64,000 bases of DNA, taken from the NCBI GenBank assembly GCA_963754875.1, contig CAVWHO010000016.1:576001-640000 (forward strand). Direction: 5' to 3'. This DNA is from Nitrospirota bacterium (GTDB lineage Bacteria; Nitrospirota; UBA9217). The position numbers were made by a program, and so were the translations under genes. Positions within the stretch are counted from its first letter, which is position 1, and every line of letters starts with the position of its first letter. Below are positions 19,968 to 30,141 of the stretch, piece after piece. The notes beneath the pieces were generated by a model. That model saw only the letters and a list, made by a program, of their open reading frames with translations, did not search any database and was not told the DNA's origin.

Positions 19968-20495
19968 ATGAAAGAAATAAACAAAAACATACGTGTCCCG
20001 GACAAGCGGCTTGCCGCGGTCTGCGGCTTGTTTTGTCCTGCTTGCCGCGTCTTCATCGGAACGAAAGAAGAGCCCGAAAGGCTCAAGGCGATGGCCCTTC
20101 GTTTTCAAAAGCCTATTAAAGAAATGCACTGTAACGGCTGCCGGTCGGAGAAGCGCTGCTTTTACTGCGAGAGCAAGTGTACCATGGCAAAGTGCGCAGC
20201 GGCAAAAGGCGTCGACTTTTGCGGCGAATGTGTGGAATACCCTTGTTCAAATTTGAAAGTGTTTCAAGCGGAGATGCCGCATCGCATCGAGTTGTGGCAA
20301 TCCCAGGCGCGCATTAAGGAAGTGGGATACGAAAAATGGTATTCGGAGATGATCGAGCACTATTCCTGCCAAAAATGCGGGACCCTGAATTCAGCCTATG
20401 ACATAGCCTGTAGGAAATGCGGGGCAACACCGAGCTGTTCGTATGTAAGGCTCCATAAGGATAAAATCATGCAGCATCTTGCCAAAATGAAATGA
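19968..20495 (+). CDS. DUF3795 domain protein with extra C-terminal zinc ribbon
   Basis: AVCGLFCPAC...CNGCR...FCGECVEYPC plus CQKCG...CRKCG. Confidence 0.85.
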   Translation: MKEINKNIRVPDKRLAAVCGLFCPACRVFIGTKEEPERLKAMALRFQKPIKEMHCNGCRSEKRCFYCESKCTMAKCAAAKGVDFCGECVEYPCSNLKVFQAEMPHRIELWQSQARIKEVGYEKWYSEMIEHYSCQKCGTLNSAYDIACRKCGATPSCSYVRLHKDKIMQHLAKMK

Positions 20496-20508
20496 GGGCT
20501 GCACAGTC

Positions 20509-20606
20509 GTAGGTTCGGTAGAACGAAGTGAAACCCGATATATGCTAAATACTTAAAGATCATTCAAATTGAGGCGTCGGGTTTCGCGTTGCTCTACCCG
20601 ACCTAC
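20509..20606. repeat. Inverted pair of GTAG-type REP sequences (REPIN-like)
   Basis: GTAGGTTCGGTAGAACGAAGTGAAACCCGA on the left; reverse complement of the right arm is GTAGGTCGGGTAGAGCAACGCGAAACCCGAC; AT-rich spacer; lies between convergent genes. Confidence 0.7.
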
Positions 20607-20740
20607 TGGCTGTTCCTACGTAAGACTGCATAAGAACGCGATCATGCAGAAGGTTGACAGAATGGAGTGATTTACTCTTTCGCAGTGTCGGCAGACGATG
20701 CGGGACTCAAGATCGGATTTCGCATCTCTACCTCACATCC

Positions 20741-21406
20741 CTACCTGGTTCGTGCCAGTTGTGTGATATCCCCGTTTTCCAGGATCTGCTTTGTAAAGCC
20801 TTCCGCCGTCGCTCGAATCATCACAAGCCCCACTTCTTCCAGCGTACAGACATACTTCGGGACAAGGGCTTTCCAAAACGGATAGAGCAGGCCGACGATT
20901 TTGGAAATACTATGTGCGTGCTTCAGGCCTTTCGTGGGCTTTATGAATCCCGGTCTGAACAAATACACGGCCTTGTACGGAAGCTTCATCAGGTCATTTT
21001 CCGTTTTTCCCTTCACCCGTGCCCACATGATGCTGCCTTTTTCAGTACTGTCCGTACCGGCGCCCGACACATAACAAAAGGTCATGTCGGGATTGAGCCT
21101 GGACAACACCCTCGCAGCCTCCATCGTAAGGTCATAGGTCATTCGCCTGTAGTCCTGCTCGCTCATGCCCACGGAAGAGACGCCGAGGCAGAAATAACAG
21201 GCATTGTATCCTTTGAGACGGTCTTCGATCTTCGAGTAGTCAAAAAAATCGTCTTGAAGCAGTTCCGTCAGTTTGGGATGATCCACCTTGCAGGGCCTCC
21301 GACCTACGGCCAGGACCGATTCTACGTCCCGGTGTTTCAACGCTTCGTGGAGCACGCCCTCACCGACCATGCCGGTGCCCCCGAATATGATTGCCTTGAT
21401 CTTCAT
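20741..21406 (-). CDS. NAD(P)-binding atypical SDR / epimerase family protein (CC3/TIP30-like)
   Basis: IIFGGTGMVG, CYFCLGVS, YVSGAGTD, WARVKGKTE, FRPG. Confidence 0.8.
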   Translation of the reverse strand: MKIKAIIFGGTGMVGEGVLHEALKHRDVESVLAVGRRPCKVDHPKLTELLQDDFFDYSKIEDRLKGYNACYFCLGVSSVGMSEQDYRRMTYDLTMEAARVLSRLNPDMTFCYVSGAGTDSTEKGSIMWARVKGKTENDLMKLPYKAVYLFRPGFIKPTKGLKHAHSISKIVGLLYPFWKALVPKYVCTLEEVGLVMIRATAEGFTKQILENGDITQLARTR

Positions 21407-21454
21407 AGGTCATCTCACCTCGCTTCAAAAACCTTTCGCTAAACGTCCTGCAGA

Positions 21455-22030
21455 TCACGGGGGCAGCATCTTCTCGATACGTCGGTCCGGGACCAGCCAC
21501 ATGATTGCGACAAGAACATACAGCCCGCATGCGATCCATGAACTAAAAAATGCCAGAGGAATCGCCGCAGCGTAGATAACGACCGATACCTTGCCTTTGA
21601 AATCCCGGCCGACTGCTTCGGCCAGAACGGATTCCCTGCCGTGGAGTGCAATAAGAGTACGGGTCAGGATGAAGTAGGCGATCGCGGCAAAGAGCAGGAC
21701 CACGCCATACAACGCAACAGGCCACGGTGCGAAGTTATTCTCGCCCGTCCAGCCGGTCACGAACGGAACGAGAGACAGCCAGAACAGGAGATGCAGGTTC
21801 GCCCAGAGCACGCGGCCGTCGACGTGCTTGATGGCCTGAAGCAGGTGGTGATGATTGCTCCAGTAGATGCCGAGGAAGATGAAACTCAGCACATAACTTA
21901 GGAACACCGGCGCCAAAGGGACGAGGGCCTCCCACCGTGCTTCACGCGGGATTTTCAGTTCGAGCACCATGATGGTGATGAGGATCGCGATCACACCATC
22001 GCTGAATGCTTCCATGCGTCCTTTGCTCAT
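21455..22030 (-). CDS. TMEM175 family potassium channel
   Basis: RMEAFSDGVIAILITIMVLE signature, YWSNHH. Confidence 0.9.
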   Translation of the reverse strand: MSKGRMEAFSDGVIAILITIMVLELKIPREARWEALVPLAPVFLSYVLSFIFLGIYWSNHHHLLQAIKHVDGRVLWANLHLLFWLSLVPFVTGWTGENNFAPWPVALYGVVLLFAAIAYFILTRTLIALHGRESVLAEAVGRDFKGKVSVVIYAAAIPLAFFSSWIACGLYVLVAIMWLVPDRRIEKMLPP

Positions 22031-22245
22031 TGTTGAGCACCTCTTAGAAATGTAAGCGAATGCTACTTCAAAGGTATGGCATTGCCCACGGAGAGTCAAG
22101 TTAAATGTGTTTTTTTTTAAGGGATCGGAATTGTTCCAGGGATCATGGACTATTGTGATTTCGTTAATAGTTTTAAGCCTTCGCGTCTCAGCGTAAGTAG
22201 TTGCCTTTGGTTTCAGATTGTTTCATAGGGGCTCGTTGAGAATAC

Positions 22246-22298
22246 TTGACACCCCCCTTATTTTCAGGTATATCTTACCTATCTGATTAATCTGATTA
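22246..22298 (+). promoter_or_regulatory. Putative hgc operon promoter with tandem 9-bp direct repeat
   Basis: TTGACA 22246-22251; -10-like TATATC/TATCTT at 22269-22276; ATCTGATTA x2 at 22281-22298. Confidence 0.5.
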
Positions 22299-22316
22299 TG
22301 CGGATATTCCGGAGAA

Positions 22317-22604
22317 ATGATGACAACGACTAAAAAAGCCAAAATCCCCATGGCCGGACCTTTCGGCAAAGGTGCAAGCTGCTGCGCCGTCGAGGCGCTC
22401 GTGACCGTTGACGAGCGGGGCCAGATGGTGCTCCCCAAGGAGCTCCGCGCAAAGGCGGGCATCAAGGCCGGCGACAAGCTGGCCGTGACGAGCTGGGAAA
22501 AAGACGGGAAGATCTGCTGCATCGCCCTCATCAAGGCGGACAACCTCGAGGGTATGGTTAAAGTAATGCTCGGGCCGGTGATGGGCGACATCCTCAATAA
22601 ATGA
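22317..22604 (+). CDS. hgcC: AbrB/MazE/SpoVT-type DNA-binding protein, HgcAB-associated
   Basis: VTVDERGQMVLPKELRAKAGIKAGDKL AbrB motif flanked by two CC pairs; directly upstream of hgcA. Confidence 0.75.
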   Translation: MMTTTKKAKIPMAGPFGKGASCCAVEALVTVDERGQMVLPKELRAKAGIKAGDKLAVTSWEKDGKICCIALIKADNLEGMVKVMLGPVMGDILNK

Positions 22605-22684
22605 ACCTGCACGGCATCGAGTTCAGAATAAAGGATTTGAAACTAATGTGATTTGAACTTTCTTGTGTCAATCGAGGTGATCCC

Positions 22685-23770
22685 ATGCAGATGCAAACTC
22701 TCAAATTTGTTAAAAAAGAAGTCCCGCCGTATTCTACTGGCGCGGTGAGTACCCCTGCGGGCAGCGTCTTTCGTGTTTCTTCGGACTGGTCCCGCGCTGA
22801 CTACTGGGGCATGATCAAAAGCCGCAGCGGCGCTTTCCGGATGAATTATGCCGTAGCACCGGGACTCTATGCAATAGGCGATCCCACGAAGGAGTCCGAT
22901 GTTTTCGTGAGCGCCAACTACAAACTGAGTTTCGACATCCTCCGCCGCGAATTGAAAGGCATGAATGCGTGGGTCCTCGTGCTCGACACCAAGAGCATCA
23001 ACGTCTGGTGCGCAGCAGGCAAAGGGACTTTCGGCACTGATGAATTGATCGGCCGCATAGCATCAACAAAACTCGAGGCCGTAATCAGCCACCGAAGGGT
23101 CATCGTGCCCCAGCTCGGCGCGGTCGGCGTAAACGCTGCAGAAGTCCAGAAGAAGACGGGTTTCCGGGTTTCCTTCGGCCCTGTTCAGGCAAGAGACATT
23201 CCTTTATATATTGAAGCAGACTATAAGAAAACAAAAGAAATGAGCACGATCCAATTCCCGATGATGGACCGCCTTGTTCTTACTCCTATGGAAATCAACC
23301 CCGCGATGAAAATGTTTCCCTGGTTTGCCGGCGCTGTGCTCATCCTGTTCGGGCTTCAACCTTCAGGTATCCTTTTTAAAAGCGCGTGGTCCGGGGGCTT
23401 GCCTATTCTCGTTCTCGGCCTCATCACTGTGCTGGCGGGTGCATTCCTGACGCCTGTGCTGCTTCCTTTTATTCCGTTTCGTTCGTTCGCGATCAAGGGA
23501 TGGATCATGGGCCTCCTGTCCATGCTGGCTGTTGTACCGTTTCTCGCACCGGCTGTCCGGGGCGAGATCCTGCTACTCGTTGCATCCTGGATCTTCTTCC
23601 CTGCCATGAGCTCCTATATCGCGCTCCAGTTCACCGGCTCAACGACCTTTACCGGCATGTCGGGCGTCAAGAAAGAATTGAAGATCGGAATTCCTCTATA
23701 TTTAACGGCTGCGGGCATTTCGATCGTTCTTTTGCTGGTCTACAAGATCAGGGAATGGGGGATTGTATGA
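22685..23770 (+). CDS. hgcA: Mercury methylation corrinoid protein HgcA
   Basis: PGLYAIG, ANYKLSFD, cap helix NVWCAAGKGTFG, PQLGAVG, GPVQA, C-terminal TM domain with FTGSTTFTGMSGVKKE. Confidence 0.95.
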   Translation: MQMQTLKFVKKEVPPYSTGAVSTPAGSVFRVSSDWSRADYWGMIKSRSGAFRMNYAVAPGLYAIGDPTKESDVFVSANYKLSFDILRRELKGMNAWVLVLDTKSINVWCAAGKGTFGTDELIGRIASTKLEAVISHRRVIVPQLGAVGVNAAEVQKKTGFRVSFGPVQARDIPLYIEADYKKTKEMSTIQFPMMDRLVLTPMEINPAMKMFPWFAGAVLILFGLQPSGILFKSAWSGGLPILVLGLITVLAGAFLTPVLLPFIPFRSFAIKGWIMGLLSMLAVVPFLAPAVRGEILLLVASWIFFPAMSSYIALQFTGSTTFTGMSGVKKELKIGIPLYLTAAGISIVLLLVYKIREWGIV

Positions 23771-24060
23771 AGTATCTCGCGAATGTGACAACGCTTCAGT
23801 ATGCATCGGACAAGTGCGCCGGCTGCGGCAGGTGCGTCGAGGTCTGCCCGCAAGGCGTGTTCGAGATGCGCGACAAGCGTGCTACGATCACGGACAAGGA
23901 CCTGTGCATGGAATGCGGTGCCTGCGCCAAGAACTGCGATTTCGGCGCGCTTTCGGTCAATGCAGGCGTGGGCTGCGCAGCTGCGATCATTACCGGCCTG
24001 CTTACGGGCAGCGAACCCACGTGCGGGTGCAGCGATACTGCCTCAGGAAGCTGCTGCTGA
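23767..24060 (+). CDS. hgcB: Mercury methylation ferredoxin HgcB
   Basis: Two CxxCxxCxxxC motifs including CMECGAC, GVGCA, terminal CGC...CC; ATGA overlap with the hgcA stop. Confidence 0.95.
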   Translation: MKYLANVTTLQYASDKCAGCGRCVEVCPQGVFEMRDKRATITDKDLCMECGACAKNCDFGALSVNAGVGCAAAIITGLLTGSEPTCGCSDTASGSCC

Positions 24061-24065
24061 CCCGG

Positions 24066-24198
24066 TTTCGTAACAAGATGAACTCGTAAAAGTCGAAGAT
24101 AACACCTATGGTGTCTGGCTTGTCCGGAATCCTTCCTTTTCGGTGACTTATATTGCACTACGATTCCCGGCAAGCGGGAATGACAACGCGTTACGAAA
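24066..24198. repeat. MITE/REP-like element with 9-bp terminal inverted repeats
   Basis: TTTCGTAAC ... GTTACGAAA enclosing GATTCCCGGCAAGCGGGAATGAC, related to the repeat at 24557. Confidence 0.5.
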
Positions 24199-24243
24199 TC
24201 TCTGCCAAGGATTTATTCTTCGATTGCAGCTGGAGGCCTTCCC

Positions 24244-24516
24244 ATGTACTTTATGTCCATTAACAAGTTTAAGCACGACGCGGACCGGACACAGATCAAC
24301 AAGGTTATTCTCGCCCACCGCGAATGGGCCAAGCAGCAGCTTGCCGCAGGGACATTGGTTCAAGCGGGCAAGTGGGGCGAGCGGGGCGGCATGATCATCA
24401 TCAAGGCGGAGAGCATAGCAGAAGCGGAAAAAATCGTTGACCAGGACCCGTTCGCACTGGCAGGACTTATCGAATTTGAAACGGCGCAGCTCCACGCTGC
24501 TGTACCGTTTAAGTAG
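24244..24516 (+). CDS. YciI family protein
   Basis: AHREW...AG...GGMII...AEAEKIVDQDPF. Confidence 0.8.
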   Translation: MYFMSINKFKHDADRTQINKVILAHREWAKQQLAAGTLVQAGKWGERGGMIIIKAESIAEAEKIVDQDPFALAGLIEFETAQLHAAVPFK

Positions 24517-24556
24517 CTTAAAATGGCTTTTGACTAATTATTCCCCCCCCCGTTCC

Positions 24557-24628
24557 CGTCATTCCCGCGCAGGCGGGAATCCAGGATTCTCAATCTGTCA
24601 CTGGATCCCCGTTTTCACGGGGATGACG
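24557..24628. repeat. Inverted pair of CGTC-type REP (ATTCCC-N8-GGGAAT, dRS3-like) units
   Basis: CGTCATTCCCGCGCAGGCGGGAATCCAG ... CTGGATCCCCGTTTTCACGGGGATGACG. Confidence 0.75.
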
Positions 24629-24726
24629 AATCAGACTCCAGGGAAGATTTCCCCACCCCTTGACATTCACGTGATCTTACTCAATAATTAATTACTACGG
24701 TGCACCTAATTTCGAGGGAGGCCTTG

Positions 24727-26073
24727 ATGCGGAACATTTTCCGCTCCTTTCTGCTTGCAGTATGCATAGTCGGATCGTTTGTCCCTGCATCAGAAGCAGT
24801 TGAAGCAACGGCAGAAGTCAGCACCGAATTGCCCGCAATTCCCGACCGACGCAAACCCCAGTTCACGAAAGATTTCGGCTACGCCCTTTTCCCCTATCCC
24901 TACAGCTTGCCCGGCATCGGCACAGGCCTCGGACTCGTGGGTGGCGCAATGAACATCGCTGACACGTACACCGACGTTTACGGCATCGTCTTCTCCGGCG
25001 ACGTGCGGGGTGAGGCGTTCGGCGTCGCGGACGTCCACATCATCCCCCGTACGCTCATCCTCGATTTCGGCTACAGCGCGTTGAATGAAGCAACCATTCA
25101 GAGCTACAGCCAGCGGGGAATGAACACGGACAAGCATGACTATCGGCTGCTTGAGTTCGGCGACACGGAATATTACGGCGCCCGGATGACGGCGACGTTC
25201 TTTGACCGCCGCTTCGAAGTCTTCTGGGCATGGTATCAGGGGGCTTCAAAGCTGAAGAGCATCAGGGACAAGGACGGCAACGTTATCGTCGAAGCGCAGG
25301 ATGCCTCCCGGCAGAGCGGTCACGTCATGCTCTACGGGACCCACCTCGACCTGACCGACGACTACTCTGATCCGCGCCGGGGAATCCGGTTCTTCGTCAC
25401 CCGGACGCAGTCCCCGCCTAGCGATTCCGGTCCTGATTATTACGTCATGGACTACAACACCACTGCCTATGTTCCCATCGGCAGGCGCAGCACCTGGGCG
25501 TTCAATTTTCTCCGGTCCGATGCCGTCGTCATCCACCAGGGCGAAACAGACCCCGCAAAGCTCCAGCAGCAACAGGGACTGAACTGCAGCGACCCGACGC
25601 TCACCGCAGAGGAGCAGCAATTCTGTACGGAGGTGATCGCCAACATGATCGCGAACAACAAGTACGGCACAGCTTCGTCACTTGGCGGCTTCAGCCGGCT
25701 GCGCGCCTATCCCCAGGGCCGCTTCCAGGGAGCCCATACGCTGTTCTACGGCACCGAGCTACGCTGGAATCTGACTGACGAACGGACGCCGTTCAACATC
25801 TTCGTCATGAAGGACGTACGGACGTCAGTGCAGATCGCCCTGTTCTACGAGCTCGGCGTCACGTCCGATGTGCAGAGTGACCTGACCAAAAGGTCTAACA
25901 TGCGTGACGACTACGGTCTGGGATTAAGGGTCGTTACAGCTTCAGGAGTGGTTTTCAGGGGTGATGTCGGGTTCGGCAAGGAAGGAGTGTCGCCGGAGAC
26001 TCTTCAAGATCGGCTATCCTTGTGGGGAGATTTAGGAGAGGCAATCGTTCGAAATTCGGTCACTCCCCTATGA
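24727..26073 (+). CDS. Omp85/BamA-TamA-type outer membrane barrel protein (C-terminus probably frameshifted near 26000)
   Basis: Signal peptide; [29 protein letters not shown]; an alternative frame gives a barrel-like end LFKIGYP...EI*. Confidence 0.7.
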   Translation: MRNIFRSFLLAVCIVGSFVPASEAVEATAEVSTELPAIPDRRKPQFTKDFGYALFPYPYSLPGIGTGLGLVGGAMNIADTYTDVYGIVFSGDVRGEAFGVADVHIIPRTLILDFGYSALNEATIQSYSQRGMNTDKHDYRLLEFGDTEYYGARMTATFFDRRFEVFWAWYQGASKLKSIRDKDGNVIVEAQDASRQSGHVMLYGTHLDLTDDYSDPRRGIRFFVTRTQSPPSDSGPDYYVMDYNTTAYVPIGRRSTWAFNFLRSDAVVIHQGETDPAKLQQQQGLNCSDPTLTAEEQQFCTEVIANMIANNKYGTASSLGGFSRLRAYPQGRFQGAHTLFYGTELRWNLTDERTPFNIFVMKDVRTSVQIALFYELGVTSDVQSDLTKRSNMRDDYGLGLRVVTASGVVFRGDVGFGKEGVSPETLQDRLSLWGDLGEAIVRNSVTPL

Positions 26074-26476
26074 TCTTCACGAGCACGCGTTTTTTTCGCC
26101 GGCCGTCGAATTCACCGTAAAAAATCTGTTCCCAGGGGCCGAAGTCGAGCTTGCTCTTCGTGACGGCCACAACCACTTCGCGGCCCATGACCGAGCGTTT
26201 TAGATGCGCGTCTGCATTGTCCTCGCCGCTGTTATGCTGGTATTGGCTGGTCGGTTCGTGAGGCGCGAGCTTTTCAAGCCAGACCTCGAAATCAGGGAAC
26301 AGGCCGCGCTCATTATCGTTGATGAACACCGAAGCGGTGATATGCATGGCGTTCACGAGCACGAGACCTTCCTGGACCCCGCTCTCGCGCAGGCAGTCTT
26401 CGACCTGCGGGGTGATGTTGATGAAACCCTTGCGAGACGGGACGTTGAACCAGAGTTCTTTGCGAAAAGATTTCAT
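26060..26476 (-). CDS. yjbQ: UPF0047 protein YjbQ
   Basis: [31 protein letters not shown]. Confidence 0.9.
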   Translation of the reverse strand: MKSFRKELWFNVPSRKGFINITPQVEDCLRESGVQEGLVLVNAMHITASVFINDNERGLFPDFEVWLEKLAPHEPTSQYQHNSGEDNADAHLKRSVMGREVVVAVTKSKLDFGPWEQIFYGEFDGRRKKRVLVKIIGE

Positions 26477-26493
26477 AGAAACGAAAAGGACAT

Positions 26494-26576
26494 TTAACCA
26501 CGGGTCCCGCTGCGAGACACACAGATAAGCACAGATTTCAGATGTTACCGTGTGCGACGAAGTCGCCAGTGGTTAA
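26494..26576. repeat. Intergenic imperfect inverted-repeat element (TTAACCAC...GTGGTTAA)
   Basis: 8-bp terminal inverted repeat with internal CACAGAT repeats; similar to 10854-10957. Confidence 0.55.
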
Positions 26577-26590
26577 GAACGTATTTGCTC

Positions 26591-28850
26591 CTACACGAAC
26601 TTCACCGCCTTTACCGCCTTGAGCCCCACGCTGCCGCGGGTCATGACGCCGTAATCCTTGAGGTCGATCACCTTCTCCTTGCCCTTCTCGTCGATCACTT
26701 TCACCTGCTGGCCCTTGCGCACGGAGCGGAAGAGCGCCACCTCGCCGTTCTTTACGTTCACGAGCTTGACTCCCTTGCCTGCGCCGGTGAGGACGGGGAT
26801 GTCCTTTGCCGCTACCACGACGGCCTTTCCTTCCAAGGTGAGGAACAGAACGTTCGGCAGATCGAGGATGTCCACGCCCATGATGCTGTCGCCCGACTTT
26901 ACGCCGGCAAACTTTTTCCCTGCCCGGGTCGTCACGGCATTGAACTGCCCCAGGTCGAAGGCGAAGCCGATGCCGTGGCTGGATACGGTGAGCACCGTCA
27001 CTTCACGGGGCGCCAGAGCGAGTTCCGCTTGCTTGTCCTTTCCTGCCTCCTCCGGCGTGCCGGTAAAGACGATCGTAAAATTCATGGTCGCGATCGGCCG
27101 CTCGCCGTCGCCGAATTTGAAGAGGTGCTGCACCGGCTCGCCGAACCCGGAGCCTGACGGAAGGTCGTAGGCTTTCATCACATAGACCTTGCCTGCGGAA
27201 GAGAAGATGGCGATGTTGTCCCTGGTGTTCGCAGGCAAGAGGGCCAGCAGCTCGTCGCCTTCCTTGAAACGTAGGTTTTCGCCAACGGTCTTGACGCGCC
27301 TGATCCAGCCCATCTTCGTCATGATCACGGTCACGTCCTCGTGGGCGAGGAAATCCTCCTGCGAAAATTCAACGTCCTCTGCGGCCTTCATCACGGACCT
27401 GCGCTTGTCTCCGTATTGCTCCTTGATGCTCAGAAGCTCGGACTTGATCAGGCCCCAGATCTTCTTCGGGCTGGCCAGGATCGCTTCGATGTCCTTCCTC
27501 AGCTTGGTCTTCTCCGCTTTCTCCTTCAGGATGCGGTCGATCTCAAGGCCGGCAAGCCGGTAGAGCTGCATTTCAAGGATCGCTTTCACCTGCTCGTCGT
27601 CGAGCTTGAAATGTTTTTTCAGCTTCTCCGCGGCGTCCTCCCTCGATTTTGACTTGCGGATGATCTTGATCGCCGTATCGAGGTCGTCGTAGAGCTTTTC
27701 AAAGGCCGCCAGGATATGGAGCCGGGCCTTCAGGATCCGCAGATCGAAGTTGAGCCGCTTCTTGATCACGTCGTTCCGGAACTCGAGGAAGTAGCGCATC
27801 ACTTCCTTGAGCGGCAGCCTTTCAGGCTCCATATTCGGCTTGAGCGCCGTGAAGTTCATGGGAAAGGAGGACTCGAGGTCCGAAGTGCTTGAAGAGGTAG
27901 GCGGTCACCATCTCCGGGTTCGTTTCGGCCTTGAGCTCGATCACGATCCGAACAATGTCCGTAGATTCGTCGCGCACCGTCGAGACCTGCGGCAGCTTCT
28001 TGTCCTCCATGAGACCGATCATCTTCTCGAGCAGCTTTGCCTTGTTCACGAGGTAGGGAATGGAATGGAAGACGATGGCCTGCCTACCGCGCGGAAGGTC
28101 TTCAACGGTGTATTCGCCGCGGATCCGGATCGCGCCGCTCCCGGACTGATAGATCTCTTTGAGTTCCTTTTTGGAATTCAGGATCTGGCCGGAGGTCGGG
28201 AAATCCGGCCCCTTGATATGCTTCAGAAGGTCTTTGACGTCGATATCGGGATTGTCGATCATGGCAGCAAGGCCGTCGATCACCTCACCGAGATTATGTG
28301 GCGGGAAGGAGCAGCTCATGCCCACTGCGATGCCTGACGTGCCGTTCACGAGGAGCTGCGGAAAACGCGCCGGGAGGACCACCGGTTCCTTGAGCGAGTT
28401 GTCGTAGTTCGCCCGGAAGCCCACGGTTTCCTTGTCGATCTCGACCAGAAGCTCTTCGGCGAGGTGCGACAACCGGGCTTCCGTATACCGCATTGCCGCA
28501 GCCGGATCGCCGTCGAGGCTCCCGAAGTTTCCCGAGCCTTCGACGAGGGGGTAGCGGAGCGAGAACGGCTGCGCCATTCTGACCATGGCGTCATAGGCGG
28601 CCTGGTCGCCATGGGGGTGGAACTTGCCGAGGACCTCTCCGACCACGGCCGCGCTTTTTCGGAATTTCGCTGTTGGGCCGAGGCCCATTTCCCACATGGC
28701 AAAGAGGATCCTCCGGTGCACGGGCTTCAGTCCGTCGCGCACGTCAGGCAGAGACCGTGAAACGATGGTGGAAAGCGCATAGGTAAGGAAACGGTTCTCA
28801 ACCTCGGAATGCAGCGCTGTCGTCAGGATCGTGTCTTCTTTTATCGGCAT
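26591..28850 (-). CDS. parC: Type IIA DNA topoisomerase subunit A (ParC/GyrA family; frameshift near 27880)
   Basis: [33 protein letters not shown] (catalytic Tyr), GPDFPT; short CTD without a visible GyrA box, suggesting topo IV. Confidence 0.75.
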
Positions 28851-28979
28851 CTGGTGTCCCTTTCTTTAACGAAAATGCGTCAGCTGGATGATAAATATTT
28901 CTTTCTGGGCACGCATTGTACCACAAAAAGTGAGTTATTTTCAAAGTAAGTTTGGATAAAGTAGTGTATAATATTTCCC

Positions 28980-29849
28980 ATGATCAACCTGTTCCTTCAT
29001 CACGCAGAGTCATTCAGCAGTGAAGCATTTGAATGCGGCAACTGCGGCCAGGATTTTAGTGCTACAATCATTAACTGGGTGGACGTTTCCAATACACCTC
29101 AGGCAAGACAAACACTGTCAAAATGGCAGTTCAATGTCATCCAGTGCCCGCACTGCGGGTGCCGTCATTTTTCCGGAACTCCCTTTTTCTATGAAGACTT
29201 CGAGGACGGGCTTCTGATCGCCGTATTTCCCCACGTGCCCGAGAAACGGGGAGAGGCCGAAACGACGATCCGGAGAAAATACGGTTACTACCCCGTTCTT
29301 GAATTCTTTTACGACATGACGCAGATATGGATGCTGCTCTATTTCCAGGAGCACTACAAGCAGACCACGAATCTGCGCTCACTTTCACGGCTCGGTTCGG
29401 GAGAGGAGCGTCTCCACAAGATCCTCCGGTTCCTGAAGGAAAACCAGCTCATGATCGACATCCGGGAAGCCCTAACTGAATCTTTTTTTGACGACAGCGC
29501 CAGTGAAAGGCTGACTGAGCTCCTGGGGCAGGCCATCTACATGCTCGAAGAAATGCTGCCCTGGCCCCTGGACCACCGTTGTGTCTGCGGAGGGGACCTG
29601 GCAGGAGAACTTGTCTGCTGCAACAGCCGGATCAACATCAAGGAACATCAGCATCTTCTGTCGAAACACTACATCATTTATTGCCCAACCTGCAAGGAAG
29701 CGCTGTCCGGAGCGTCCTGCGCGCAGTGCGGCCGGGTTTATACCTGGAGACTCGGGACGGTGTCAACACACCGAAGCAGGGAAAAATCCCAGAAACGAAA
29801 ATCGGTGATGTCACACACGTTCCCCCCGATTAAAGAAAGCAGGCCCTGA
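28980..29849 (+). CDS. CpXC domain-containing zinc-finger protein
   Basis: N-terminal CGNCG...CPHCG...PFFYED; further CxC, CC and CxxC motifs at the C-terminus. Confidence 0.7.
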   Translation: MINLFLHHAESFSSEAFECGNCGQDFSATIINWVDVSNTPQARQTLSKWQFNVIQCPHCGCRHFSGTPFFYEDFEDGLLIAVFPHVPEKRGEAETTIRRKYGYYPVLEFFYDMTQIWMLLYFQEHYKQTTNLRSLSRLGSGEERLHKILRFLKENQLMIDIREALTESFFDDSASERLTELLGQAIYMLEEMLPWPLDHRCVCGGDLAGELVCCNSRINIKEHQHLLSKHYIIYCPTCKEALSGASCAQCGRVYTWRLGTVSTHRSREKSQKRKSVMSHTFPPIKESRP

Positions 29850-30141
29850 ACGTTTCCGCATCGCCTTGTCCTTTTCCCGGGAGCATGCCAGGATGATTTC
29901 AAGCCGGACCACAGAAACTTACTTCTTTTTTCATCCCTGATCCGCCCCCTGCACCCTCAACACTGATGTTTGTTTTGCCGGAACGCGACGCAGATCCATT
30001 TAATGCAGCCGTCCCTTCTGGATGGTTACCTTAATATAATGATCTCTTCGCAGAGCGGGGCTCACTGCTTAAATACTGTTGTTCTTTACTTCGTGAACTT
30101 CCTTAACCGAACGTATTTACGAATAGCCTATCCATAAATGC

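Noticed and set aside
23386..24060. 224-aa extended ferredoxin or hgcAB fusion
   Set aside because: The upstream part overlaps hgcA in another frame. HgcB starts at 23767 and hgcA has its own stop.
24058..24081. Selenocysteine readthrough at the TGA stops of hgcB (and cysM at 2394)
   Set aside because: Both proteins are complete at the TGA, the extensions would be only a few residues, and I could not identify a convincing SECIS.
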